The translations under genes were made by a program, and so were the position numbers. From Turneriella sp. (GTDB taxonomy: Bacteria > Spirochaetota > Leptospiria > Turneriellales > Turneriellaceae), in NCBI GenBank assembly GCA_965279515.1, contig CBDIID010000003.1:288001-352000 (forward strand): DNA of 64,000 nt, read 5' to 3'. Position 1 is the stretch's first letter; each line of letters opens with the position of its first letter. Under the pieces are notes generated by a model. The model worked only from the letters and a program-made list of their open reading frames with translations. It did no database searches and was not told where the DNA came from. Below, piece by piece: positions 31,346 through 41,062 of the stretch.

Positions 31346-33250
31346 ATGGCAAAAGAAAAAATTATCGGAATCGATCTCGGAACCACCAATTCATGCGTAG
31401 CCGTGATGGAAGGCGGCGAGGCGGTTGTAATCCCCAATAGCGAGGGCGCAAGAACAACACCCTCGATCGTCGCTTTGACAGACAAGGGCGAAACGCTCGT
31501 GGGTCAGGTGGCTAAAAACCAGATGGTCACGAATCCGGAAAACACGCTGCGTTCGGTGAAACGTTTCATCGGTCGCCGCATGGCAGAAGTTGCGGATGAA
31601 ATCCGCAAAGTCGCGTACAAGGTTAAAGAAGGTTCAGGCAAAGAAGTCGTAATCGAGACGCGCGAAAAAGACTACCGCCCCGAAGAAATTTCGGCGCGCG
31701 TTCTGACAAAAATGAAGCAGACGGCTGAAGAGTATCTCGGCACGACAGTCAACAAAGCAGTGGTTACGGTACCCGCTTACTTCAATGACGAACAGCGCCA
31801 GGCAACTAAAGACGCAGGCCGTATCGCCGGTCTTGAGATTATGCGGATTATCAACGAGCCAACGGCAGCGGCGCTGTCTTATGGCCTCGACCGCGACAAG
31901 AGCGGCGAAGTGATTGCGGTCTATGACTTAGGCGGCGGTACATTCGATATCTCGATCCTCGAACTCGCAGACAATGTCTTCGAAGTGAAGGCGACGAACG
32001 GCGACACACACCTCGGTGGTGACGACTTTGACCAGGCTGTGATTGACTGGATCGTAGCGGAGTTCAAAAAAGAAACCGCTATCGACGTCGGCAAAGACAA
32101 GATGGCACTGCAACGCCTGCAAGAAGCGGCAGAAAAGGCGAAAATCGAACTTTCGAACAAAGAAACCGCGGATATCAACATCCCGTTTATCACGATGGAC
32201 GCATCGGGGCCACGTCATCTCAACATGACGATCACCCGCGCCAAATTCAACCAGCTGACGGCATCGCTTGTCGATCGTTCGGTTGAGCCGTGCAAAAAGT
32301 GCATCGCCGATTCAGGCTACAGCATTAACGAAATCAACAAGGTAATCCTTGTGGGTGGTTCGACACGTATCCCCGCGGTGCGCGAAAAAGTGAAGGAACT
32401 CTTCGGCAAAGAACCGGATAAATCGGTGAACCCCGATGAAGCCGTCGCGATCGGCGCGGCGATCCAGGGCGGTGTGCTCGCCGGTGAAGTCACCGACGTG
32501 CTGCTGCTCGACGTTACCCCGCTCTCTCTCGGTATCGAAACGCTGGGCGGCGTGATGACCAAAATTATCGCACGCAACACGACGATCCCCACCAAGAAGT
32601 CAGAGGTATTCTCGACAGCGGCAGACAGCCAGACTGCGGTGGATATCCACGTTCTACAAGGCGAACGCGAACTCGCGAAAGATAACCGTACACTGGGACG
32701 CTTCCAGCTCTCTGAGATACCGGCTGCCCCCCGCGGCACACCGCAGATCGAAGTGACTTTCGACATTGATGCGAACGGTATCGTGCACGTTCAGGCGAAA
32801 GATTTGAAAACGAACAAAGAGCAGAAGATTAAGATCGAAGCTTCGAGTTCGCTTTCTGAGGCTGAAATCCAGAAAATGGTCAAAGACGCAGAGGTTAACG
32901 CCGAAGCGGATAAAAAGGCCAAAGAAGCGGCATCTGCCTATAACGATCTCGACAACATCATCTACACCACGGAGAAAATGGTTGCCGATGCGAAGAACCT
33001 CGACGCCGGCATCAAGACCGAAGTCGAAGGTGTCGTTGCCAAAGCCAAAGAAGCGCTGATGTCACGCGATGCAGACAAGATGAAAGCGGCCGCGCAGACA
33101 CTCGGTGAAGTGATGCAAAAACACCAGGCAGCCTTCGCCGCACCGGGTGCTCCCCCTGAAGGTGAAGCGCCTAAGGCTGAAGGACAGGGCAAAGGCGACG
33201 AGAAAGTAGTCGATGCTGAGTTTACGGAAATAAAGGACGACAAGAAGTAA
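31346..33250 (+). CDS. dnaK: chaperone DnaK
   Basis: [43 protein letters not shown]. Confidence 0.98.
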   Translation: MAKEKIIGIDLGTTNSCVAVMEGGEAVVIPNSEGARTTPSIVALTDKGETLVGQVAKNQMVTNPENTLRSVKRFIGRRMAEVADEIRKVAYKVKEGSGKEVVIETREKDYRPEEISARVLTKMKQTAEEYLGTTVNKAVVTVPAYFNDEQRQATKDAGRIAGLEIMRIINEPTAAALSYGLDRDKSGEVIAVYDLGGGTFDISILELADNVFEVKATNGDTHLGGDDFDQAVIDWIVAEFKKETAIDVGKDKMALQRLQEAAEKAKIELSNKETADINIPFITMDASGPRHLNMTITRAKFNQLTASLVDRSVEPCKKCIADSGYSINEINKVILVGGSTRIPAVREKVKELFGKEPDKSVNPDEAVAIGAAIQGGVLAGEVTDVLLLDVTPLSLGIETLGGVMTKIIARNTTIPTKKSEVFSTAADSQTAVDIHVLQGERELAKDNRTLGRFQLSEIPAAPRGTPQIEVTFDIDANGIVHVQAKDLKTNKEQKIKIEASSSLSEAEIQKMVKDAEVNAEADKKAKEAASAYNDLDNIIYTTEKMVADAKNLDAGIKTEVEGVVAKAKEALMSRDADKMKAAAQTLGEVMQKHQAAFAAPGAPPEGEAPKAEGQGKGDEKVVDAEFTEIKDDKK

Positions 33251-33277
33251 AAATTTTACGGGGTTTGGTATCGGAAC

Positions 33278-34396
33278 ATGGCGGATAAGAGAGATTATTA
33301 TGAAATATTGGGCGTGCCGAAGTCGGCAGCCCTGGCCGATATCAAAACCGCCTACCGTAAGCTGGCGATGAAGTATCACCCGGATAAAAATCCCGGGAAT
33401 GCGGAAGCCGAGCAGAAGTTCAAAGAGGCAACCGAGGCCTACGAGGTTTTGCGTGACGAGCAGAAGCGCAAGATCTATGACCAGTACGGTCATGCGGGTC
33501 TCGGTGGTGCCGGCGCGCAGGGCTTTGGCCAGGCCGCCTACAGCGATTTTTCGGATATATTTTCGGGCACAAGCTTCGAAGATATATTCGAGAACCTGTT
33601 TTCAGGTTCCGGTTTTGGTCGCTCGCGTTCGGGCAGTTCTGTCAGGCGCGGCAGCGATTTACGTTATAATTTAGAAATCACATTAGAAGACGTTTTCAAC
33701 GGCAAAGAAGAAGAGATTGTCATCCCCCGCGAAGAGAGCTGCGGCGATTGCAGCGGTACGGGGTCATCCGACGGCAAGCTCGATACCTGCCATATCTGCG
33801 GTGGTTCAGGGCAGATTCGGCGTAGTACGGGGTTTTTCTCCGTAGCTTCGACCTGCAACACCTGCGGTGGCGCGGGCAAGCTCATCAAGAACCGCTGCAA
33901 GACATGCAGCGGCCAGGGTACCATCAGCAAAAAGCGCAAGCTCGCCATCCGTATACCTGCCGGTATTGATACCGGCACGCGCCTGAAGATTTCGGGTGAA
34001 GGCGAGGCGGGCCCGCGCGGAGGTCCATCCGGCGATCTCTATGTTGTTGTTCAAATTCGTAAGCACCAGCTCTTTGAGCGCGACGGCGTCGATCTTGCCA
34101 TGTATATCGATGTGCCGGTAACGACGGCGATGCTGGGTGGCGAGGTGACAGTCGAAACGCTCGATAAGAGTAAAGTTAAAGTCAAAATCCCATCGGGCAC
34201 GCAGCCCGATACCCTCTTCCGCGTACGCGGCAAGGGATTACCTTATATGGGCGGTCAGGGACGTTTCGGCGATCTCATTGCGCACTCGCGTATTGAGATT
34301 CCAAAATCGCTTTCGAGCAAAGCCAAGGGGCTCGTCAAAGAGCTTGAAACCGAGATGCAGGCTTCGGGCTCCGGAATTTTCGGAAAATTCCGCTGA
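33278..34396 (+). CDS. dnaJ: chaperone DnaJ
   Basis: J domain HPD, G/F region, four CxxCxGxG repeats. Confidence 0.97.
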   Translation: MADKRDYYEILGVPKSAALADIKTAYRKLAMKYHPDKNPGNAEAEQKFKEATEAYEVLRDEQKRKIYDQYGHAGLGGAGAQGFGQAAYSDFSDIFSGTSFEDIFENLFSGSGFGRSRSGSSVRRGSDLRYNLEITLEDVFNGKEEEIVIPREESCGDCSGTGSSDGKLDTCHICGGSGQIRRSTGFFSVASTCNTCGGAGKLIKNRCKTCSGQGTISKKRKLAIRIPAGIDTGTRLKISGEGEAGPRGGPSGDLYVVVQIRKHQLFERDGVDLAMYIDVPVTTAMLGGEVTVETLDKSKVKVKIPSGTQPDTLFRVRGKGLPYMGGQGRFGDLIAHSRIEIPKSLSSKAKGLVKELETEMQASGSGIFGKFR

Positions 34397-34412
34397 TTGA
34401 GTTTCCCTGAAC

Positions 34413-35384
34413 ATGGCAAACAAAGCACCGGTTCAAAAAATCAGGTTCGGCATTATCGGCGTAGGCCACATGGGCAGCTACCACCTCAACGTGGTTTCGG
34501 CCCTCGCCACACACGATCTCGTCGGCATTTTCGATGCCCGGCTCGATTACGCAAAGGAAAAGGCGGAGCAATTTGAGACACGCGCCTTTGCGACTTACCA
34601 GGAACTCATCCGCGAATGCGAGGCAGTGACGATTGCTGTGCCGACGCACCTGCACTTCGATATCGCCAAATATGCACTGGAAAACGGCGTGCATGTCCTG
34701 GTCGAGAAGCCGATGACCTTCGACATCGCTCAGGCACAGGAACTCATCGGCCTCGCCGCTGAGAAAAAACTCATCCTCCAGGTTGGGCACGTCGAACGTT
34801 TCAACGGCGCGGTGATGGCCCTTTCAAATATCGCGACCGAGCCCCTGCTCATACAGACACGGCGTTTGCATCCGAACAACAACCGCATTCTCGACGTCGG
34901 TGTGGTTCTCGATCTTCTAATCCATGATATTGACATTGTTCTGAATCTGGTGCGAAAGCCCCTGATCAAACATTCGGCCGTCGGCAGCTGTATTACGGGC
35001 AAACATGAAGATATCGCCGTGATCGAACTGCAATTTGAAGGCGGCTGTATTGCGACCCTCACCGCTTCGCGGCTCTCTCAGTATAAGGAAAGGACACTGA
35101 CGGTTACGCAGAAGAATAATTTTGTTATTCTGAACTATGGACAGCAAGAGATTGAAATCCACCGGCAGGGAAACTCGGTTACAGTAACGGCGCCTGATGA
35201 GATTAAATATTCACAGGAATCGGTCGTCGAGCGCGTCTATGTGCATAAGGATAACCCGCTCAAGAGCGAGCACCTGCATTTCTATAACTGCATCATCGGT
35301 AAAGAACAGCCCCTGATTACAGGCGAGGCAGATCTCAATACCTTGCGCATTGCGCTCGATAGCGTAAAACAAATCACCGGTTGA
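34413..35384 (+). CDS. Gfo/Idh/MocA oxidoreductase (GnnA-like)
   Basis: GIIGVGHMG, HVLVEKP, QVGHVERFN, DLLIHDID. Confidence 0.88.
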   Translation: MANKAPVQKIRFGIIGVGHMGSYHLNVVSALATHDLVGIFDARLDYAKEKAEQFETRAFATYQELIRECEAVTIAVPTHLHFDIAKYALENGVHVLVEKPMTFDIAQAQELIGLAAEKKLILQVGHVERFNGAVMALSNIATEPLLIQTRRLHPNNNRILDVGVVLDLLIHDIDIVLNLVRKPLIKHSAVGSCITGKHEDIAVIELQFEGGCIATLTASRLSQYKERTLTVTQKNNFVILNYGQQEIEIHRQGNSVTVTAPDEIKYSQESVVERVYVHKDNPLKSEHLHFYNCIIGKEQPLITGEADLNTLRIALDSVKQITG

Positions 35385-35386
35385 TT

Positions 35387-35785
35387 TTAATACGCCGCAA
35401 AACTGGCGTTGGTAATTTTCAGCTCTTTCGTTTCACCGTCGCTGCTGAAACTGGCATTCTGTGTAAACGTAACTCCGGAAGCAAAACTACCGGCACCGCC
35501 GTCGACATCGATCTTTACCGTATAACTGCGCGTGCCTCGCGTCAAATAAAGGGGATAGAAAAACCGCCCCGACGCATCCGTTTTTTCAGCGCTCGTTTGC
35601 AGCGTCGTGCTCCCTAAACTATCGGTATACTGAATGCGCACGGACCGCTGTGCTGCGAGGCCAGTCGCATCGATCATGAGCAGCTGCTTCGCGTCGTTGG
35701 TTCTATCCGTGCCGGGAGGTGTCGAGTCGTATGTGCACTGGCTGAGTAAAAAAGCGGCAAAGGCGGCGGCAATCAGGCGTTTCAT
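35387..35785 (-). CDS. hypothetical lipoprotein
   Basis: MKRLIAAAFAAFLLSQC lipobox-like; ATGA overlap with upstream gene. Confidence 0.7.
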   Translation of the reverse strand: MKRLIAAAFAAFLLSQCTYDSTPPGTDRTNDAKQLLMIDATGLAAQRSVRIQYTDSLGSTTLQTSAEKTDASGRFFYPLYLTRGTRSYTVKIDVDGGAGSFASGVTFTQNASFSSDGETKELKITNASFAAY

Positions 35786-37410
35786 GCCGCGTTCATCCGG
35801 TAAGGTATTCTTGCGTTCTGGCCGACAAACGCCGAGAGCAGCTGCATTTGCTGTTTATTCTCTTCTGTGGGGAATTTTTCTACCCGGCGCTGCATCTCGA
35901 TGAGTGCAAATACGCGCCAGAGTTTTTCGCAGATATACATGCGGTTTACATCGCGGTCAAATTCGTTGGCGATCATCGGTTTCAGTTCAGACCAGATCTC
36001 TTCAATGTATTTATTGCCGTCGGCGGCCATCTGAAGACTCGCCGATTTCAGATACGTTTCAAAGGCCGCCTGCACTTTAGGCCTCTTCGCGGCGTGAATC
36101 GCGTGTTCGGCGAGAAGCGCGTGCGTGCCTTCCCAGGTCTCGTTGATGATTGCATCGTTGAGCACGCGGGGCAACACGCTGAAATCCCCCAGAATGCCAT
36201 TGCCACCGTGCAGGATCATCGCCTCTTTCACAACCACAGCGCTGTACTGTGTGACGATCATCTTCAGCAGCGGCACCAGCATTAGCTCGAGCGCCTCTTC
36301 TTTTTCGCTTAGACGAAAGGCGTAAAAGCTCACCAAGGTCAGCGCATCGCGCAGCATACGCATCTCACCAAGCGTCCGTTGCACGCTTGGGAACGCCGCC
36401 AGCTTGTTGCCATACGCTTCGCGCGCCGCGACATAAGCTTCGGCTTCGATGACACCGCGCGCAATATGCCCCAAGCCTCCGCAGATGACGTGCAGGCGCG
36501 AGGTACGTAAAATGTAGCGGATCAGGTTAGCGAGCCCATGCGAGGTGCGCCCGAGCGCGGTAGCCTCGCAGTTCTCGTAAATACTCTCTACGGTAATTTT
36601 TCCCTTAGAGCCGATAATATCTTTCTTGCGGAGCAGGTGGCAGCCGTTCAGCGAACCATCCGCCTTGAGGCGCCCGACCAGAAACAGGCCCACCGTATTT
36701 GTGCCTTCAACCTTTGCCGTCGTCACCCAGACATCTCCGGGATTCGAACAAAACCATTTTTCACCGTTGAGCAGCCAGGTGCCGTTTGCCTGCGGCGTCG
36801 CGACCGTGCGGTTAGCCGCGACATTACTGCCGCCGACACGTTCGGTCACGTATTGCCCCGCCATAAAATGCGAGGTTGAATCGGGGGATGTCAGCATCGG
36901 CAGAAAGCGTTCTTTTTGTTCTTCGGTACCGATAGCGCGCAGCGCATGGATAAGCCCTTCTGTCATGGCCAAAGGACAGGCGACACCGCCCTCGCCGTTC
37001 ATATTCGTGAGAATCGCCAGCGCCATACGGTGGGGTATGGAAAACTCGTGCTTCCAGTCAGCCTGGCAGTCACGGTTTACAACGCCGTGGTCGTAAAAAA
37101 TCTTGCGCAGCTTTATTTGTTCCGGCGCATAACGCACCTCGTCGATGCGGTTGCCGAAGCGGTCGTACTGAATGAGTTCACCCCATTTCCCCTCTTTATG
37201 GCAGGCAATTGTAAGCTCGTTGATTTCTCCGCTTAAGAGCTTGCCGAGTCCTGACAGGTGTTCCCTAACAGAAGCCAGGTAAGCGGGTGTTGTATTTGCA
37301 GAATTGAGTTCAAAGGCTTCTTCAAGAACCCGTGTTCCATTGAAAAAATTCTTCCCTGATACGCCGCGGTAGTCGCTTAGATCAAAAGGTTTTAAAGCTG
37401 GATTTTGCAT
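35782..37410 (-). CDS. acyl-CoA dehydrogenase family protein (AidB-like)
   Basis: CPLAMT, GQYVTERVGGSNV, LNGEKWFCS, HGGNG, ETWEGT; start set to ATG 37410. Confidence 0.88.
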   Translation of the reverse strand: MQNPALKPFDLSDYRGVSGKNFFNGTRVLEEAFELNSANTTPAYLASVREHLSGLGKLLSGEINELTIACHKEGKWGELIQYDRFGNRIDEVRYAPEQIKLRKIFYDHGVVNRDCQADWKHEFSIPHRMALAILTNMNGEGGVACPLAMTEGLIHALRAIGTEEQKERFLPMLTSPDSTSHFMAGQYVTERVGGSNVAANRTVATPQANGTWLLNGEKWFCSNPGDVWVTTAKVEGTNTVGLFLVGRLKADGSLNGCHLLRKKDIIGSKGKITVESIYENCEATALGRTSHGLANLIRYILRTSRLHVICGGLGHIARGVIEAEAYVAAREAYGNKLAAFPSVQRTLGEMRMLRDALTLVSFYAFRLSEKEEALELMLVPLLKMIVTQYSAVVVKEAMILHGGNGILGDFSVLPRVLNDAIINETWEGTHALLAEHAIHAAKRPKVQAAFETYLKSASLQMAADGNKYIEEIWSELKPMIANEFDRDVNRMYICEKLWRVFALIEMQRRVEKFPTEENKQQMQLLSAFVGQNARIPYRMNAA

Positions 37411-37417
37411 TACTAGA

Positions 37418-38377
37418 TTACCTATAGGCTTCAAATAACATATCAATGCACGGTAAATCTTGCAAACGTTGTTTTTCCTCATGACTGGGCGGGACGTGCT
37501 CGATCTGAAATTGCTCGTCTGTAATGATTAGCACAGAATCACCCCAAAGCATGTCATATGTCTGTCCCTGATTAGAAAGTCGTATTTTTTCTCCAAACCA
37601 GGAAAAAACCGAAAATTCCCTTCCTTGTTTCGCGAAATGTAATTTCTCTGATTTCAGGGAACTCATGTCATGGTACGCCACTGAAAATTCTTCAGTGTTT
37701 AATTTAGATGCAAAGGACGAAATTTTCGGTTCTTGATCATGTATGCAGCTGATAGCCTGATCGAGATGAAGCGTCCTCCCCCTTCCGAAGTCAAAAATAC
37801 GAAATGTATGGTCTGATTTTTGTTGAATTTCATAGAACAGTATTCTACCTGTTGTACTATGAACCAACCCGGGATTCAGGGTTATGACATCCCCGGCCTT
37901 TGGTGTACGTACATTAAAATGCGATAGCGGATCGCGGTCAGTTTCAAGGGAACGAAGTATGCTAGCCTGTTCGCCCGGTTTTAAACCCAGATAGGCGCAG
38001 GCATTTTGATCGGCTTCCAGTATACTCCAGCATTCAAATTTACCCTTACCCGAAAGACCCAATTTAGTCACGTCATTATCAGAGGGGTGATTTTGCAGGG
38101 AAATTGGTTCAGCTGTCGATAGAATCTTCAGCATAAACGGTACTTCTTGTTCTTTGAGATTCAGGCTACGCCAGAAACGAGAAAGTGGAATATTTTCTGC
38201 ACCAACCCTGACTCGTACTGGAAATTGGTCCAGATCAGAAAAAAGGACATATTCACCGATTTTATCATCCAACCGATTATTGGCAAGATTATCTAAATGG
38301 CCTCCGGCCCAGGGTTTAGGTACGGCGAACGGAATCAATGGGAAAATACCTTGCTTCTGCGGCATAATTAACCGCAT
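37418..38377 (-). CDS. manA: class I mannose-6-phosphate isomerase (cupin)
   Basis: KPWAG, LKIL..EPISLQNHP, GKFECW, PGLVHS, EIQQKSD.TFRIFDFGR..LHL. Confidence 0.85.
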   Translation of the reverse strand: MRLIMPQKQGIFPLIPFAVPKPWAGGHLDNLANNRLDDKIGEYVLFSDLDQFPVRVRVGAENIPLSRFWRSLNLKEQEVPFMLKILSTAEPISLQNHPSDNDVTKLGLSGKGKFECWSILEADQNACAYLGLKPGEQASILRSLETDRDPLSHFNVRTPKAGDVITLNPGLVHSTTGRILFYEIQQKSDHTFRIFDFGRGRTLHLDQAISCIHDQEPKISSFASKLNTEEFSVAYHDMSSLKSEKLHFAKQGREFSVFSWFGEKIRLSNQGQTYDMLWGDSVLIITDEQFQIEHVPPSHEEKQRLQDLPCIDMLFEAYR

Positions 38378-38432
38378 TTTTATTTCGCTTTCATGCCTAC
38401 GAACAGAATTTGAACCGGACTCCAGGCGAAAA

Positions 38433-39260
38433 GTGACCACTTATCTTTACAGGATTCTTTTCTGGGCAGCCATCGCCGTATTGCCGCTTACATTTGTATT
38501 TAATTCCGAGCTTTTCCGCATCCTGAATTGCCCCAAAAACGGCGGCAAGCTGGACATGTTTTTGTTACTCATGACTTCGCTGGCCGATGGCCTTTGGGTC
38601 GTTATGATTGTAACCGTTGTGCATAGCCTGAGGAAAAACCGCGCGGCTGACACTCACGAAGGCCGGCATGCTCATTTCGGGACATTTGCCCTGGCTCTCT
38701 TACTGGGCACTGCCCTGCTGCATTCGGCGAAATACTTTTTTGATGCCCCGAGACCCGTCATAGCGCTGGGGGACCAGGTTTGTGTTCTCGGGCAAAGGCT
38801 GACTTCGCGCAGTTTTCCATCCGGCCATTCTTTCTCTGCGATACTGCTCTTCATGTACCTGAGGCCCCGGCGGTCCGTGACGCTGGCGCTGGCCGTTGCG
38901 GCGTTATGTGTGGTGGGAGTGCTTTCCCGGGCCTATGTCGGTGCGCATTTTCCGCGCGACATGATCGTGGGCGGATTAATTGCCGTCTTCGCGTATTTTG
39001 CCGCGGAAATTCTTAATCTGAAAATACGTCCATGGAAGATTTCAGCGGAAAAAAGAAAAATCCTGATTGCGGTTCCGGGCCTGGGCACCGCTCTCATCTA
39101 TATTTTTCTCTATCATGAAAAGACGCGCGAACTGGAATTTCTGCTGACCCCGCTGGCCTGGGCCGTCGTGGCTTACTGGGTCATATTCATCGCCGCACGC
39201 ATGCTGCAGATGTTCAGGAAGCTGCAGCCGCCATCCGGTACAGGATCATCTCCCGCTTGA
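38433..39260 (+). CDS. PAP2-family membrane phosphatase
   Basis: K......RP, SFPSGH, SRAYVGAHFPRD; GTG start inferred. Confidence 0.88.
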   Translation: MTTYLYRILFWAAIAVLPLTFVFNSELFRILNCPKNGGKLDMFLLLMTSLADGLWVVMIVTVVHSLRKNRAADTHEGRHAHFGTFALALLLGTALLHSAKYFFDAPRPVIALGDQVCVLGQRLTSRSFPSGHSFSAILLFMYLRPRRSVTLALAVAALCVVGVLSRAYVGAHFPRDMIVGGLIAVFAYFAAEILNLKIRPWKISAEKRKILIAVPGLGTALIYIFLYHEKTRELEFLLTPLAWAVVAYWVIFIAARMLQMFRKLQPPSGTGSSPA

Positions 39261-41061
39261 TGCCCTTGAGCTGGGCGGCATAAGGCTGCGGGTTCATATT
39301 CCGGAGTAAATTCGTATCGCTGAGGCGGTTAAAGATATCTTCTGAAATCACGGTTTCATTGCCACCTGCCTCGTTCTGGATGCGCGCGGCCTTATTGACC
39401 GTGGAACCGAAATAATCCAGTTTCTCGTTCAGAGTCAAGGCCAATGCCGGCCCTTCATGCAGGCCAATCTTGACTACAAGCTGGTGCCCCGGCGAGGTTT
39501 TATTGAATGTGCGGATATCCGCGTGGATTGCCTGCGCGGCCTTTAATGCGTCTTCGCTTTGCGTGAACACAGCCATGACAGCATCGCCGATGGTTTTCAC
39601 GACGGCGCCGTGATTTGCCGCGATAATGCGTATCATAATGTCAAAGTGGGCTTGTACCAGTGCGAAAGCCTCGGCGTCGCCGCGTTCTTCATATAACTGA
39701 GTGGAATCCTTGAGATCGCTGAAAAAGAACACAGCATTTTTGATGGCAAGTTTCAGGTCGGGGCGCAGGATTTCAGAAGAAAATAAATCCCTGAACGTCT
39801 GCATTGTCGAGATTTCAAAGGCAGTCAGGGCAAAATCATTATACGATGGATGCTCGATACGGATGGTTTCGACTTTTCCCGTATCGTTATGGATCACAAG
39901 GTCTTTTTCGGCGGTGAGAATAAGACCGCCGGCCGCCGCAGAAAGGTTTACCCTGTTGCTGTGGTGGCCGCCCTTTTCAACCGAAACGCCTGAGACCTGG
40001 CTGCGCTCCCCGCGGCGCAGATTATAGAGGCCAGCCGGCGCTCCCCCCAAAATGACCTGTTTTTCGCCGGGCAGCAACGTCAGTTGCGCAAAGATGTGCG
40101 GGGTCTGCCCCGGGTTGCCGCGGCAGTACATCACCGGATCGACTTTGCGCACGCTGCCATGCGGGGAAAAACATACTTCCACGTTGCGGTCAAAGTCGGC
40201 ATCATAACGGATGTCGCAGAATTCACAATGCGATTCTCCCGAGAGCAGTGAAAGGCCGCGGCTTTCGGCATTCGGCGCACGGCAGGCGGGGCAGAGAATC
40301 TCCCAATGCATGTCGAATAATCCCGCGCGCGTGGCCTGCAGCAGAAAGGCCGTGGTTACGGAAAAATGCACCTTGCTCTTCAGCGAGATTTCTTTCGGCC
40401 GGATTTTCTGCACCTGCACATCGGGGGCATAGGCAACAAATTCGCCCAGCGTTCGCGCCGTGGCGTCATCCGCACCATGTTCACGGTAGAGTTTAATCAG
40501 CCTCTCAAATGCTTCCTGTTTTTTATTGCCTTTCTCGTAGAAGTACGCGGGGTCAAAATGCATCTTCGATGGAATACGCGTTGCAATTTCACTATAGAGG
40601 CGCCGGTATTTGCGAAACGCGTCGCCGACAATAAAACGCGCCAGCAAGAACCCGCGCGGGATATAACGGACTTCGAGATTGAGGCGGGTGCCCGTGCCCT
40701 CGGGGCTTAAAGTTACGGAAATGACGAAATATTTAACGGGGCCTGAGATGCTGATTGCTTCAAAGCGCACAAATTGGTTTTCGACCCAGTCCCAGGGTAG
40801 TTCCCATGCGTGGACGCGCAGCCCCATTTTGCTGAAGGAGGTTGCCATGAGCTTCCAGCCGGCGGAAATTTTTTCGCCTTCGAAGATTGTCGCTGATTTT
40901 CCGGCCTCACGTGCCAGCAGGTTATTTTTTGCCACATAGGGCCACACCTCTGCGAGCGGCTGAGGCAAAAAAATATGTGACTGAAATTTGTGTTTCTGGG
41001 AGGCCTCGCGGAGCGCAACGATGGAGTCACACAGCGCGAGTGCCTTTTCGACACCTTTCAT
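39214..41061 (-). CDS. class III adenylate/guanylate cyclase with SRPBCC-like and DUF5939 (Cys-rich) domains
   Basis: FFSDLKDST, VKTIGDAVMA, KIGLHEG, DYFGSTVNKAARI; CPAC..HCEFC. Confidence 0.88.
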   Translation of the reverse strand: MKGVEKALALCDSIVALREASQKHKFQSHIFLPQPLAEVWPYVAKNNLLAREAGKSATIFEGEKISAGWKLMATSFSKMGLRVHAWELPWDWVENQFVRFEAISISGPVKYFVISVTLSPEGTGTRLNLEVRYIPRGFLLARFIVGDAFRKYRRLYSEIATRIPSKMHFDPAYFYEKGNKKQEAFERLIKLYREHGADDATARTLGEFVAYAPDVQVQKIRPKEISLKSKVHFSVTTAFLLQATRAGLFDMHWEILCPACRAPNAESRGLSLLSGESHCEFCDIRYDADFDRNVEVCFSPHGSVRKVDPVMYCRGNPGQTPHIFAQLTLLPGEKQVILGGAPAGLYNLRRGERSQVSGVSVEKGGHHSNRVNLSAAAGGLILTAEKDLVIHNDTGKVETIRIEHPSYNDFALTAFEISTMQTFRDLFSSEILRPDLKLAIKNAVFFFSDLKDSTQLYEERGDAEAFALVQAHFDIMIRIIAANHGAVVKTIGDAVMAVFTQSEDALKAAQAIHADIRTFNKTSPGHQLVVKIGLHEGPALALTLNEKLDYFGSTVNKAARIQNEAGGNETVISEDIFNRLSDTNLLRNMNPQPYAAQLKGIKREMILYRMAAAAS

Positions 41062-41062
41062 T

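Noticed and set aside
39214..39260. 47-bp convergent overlap of PAP2 and cyclase genes
   Set aside because: Short tail-to-tail overlaps are common in this compact genome (also 48356-48359, 61914-61931)
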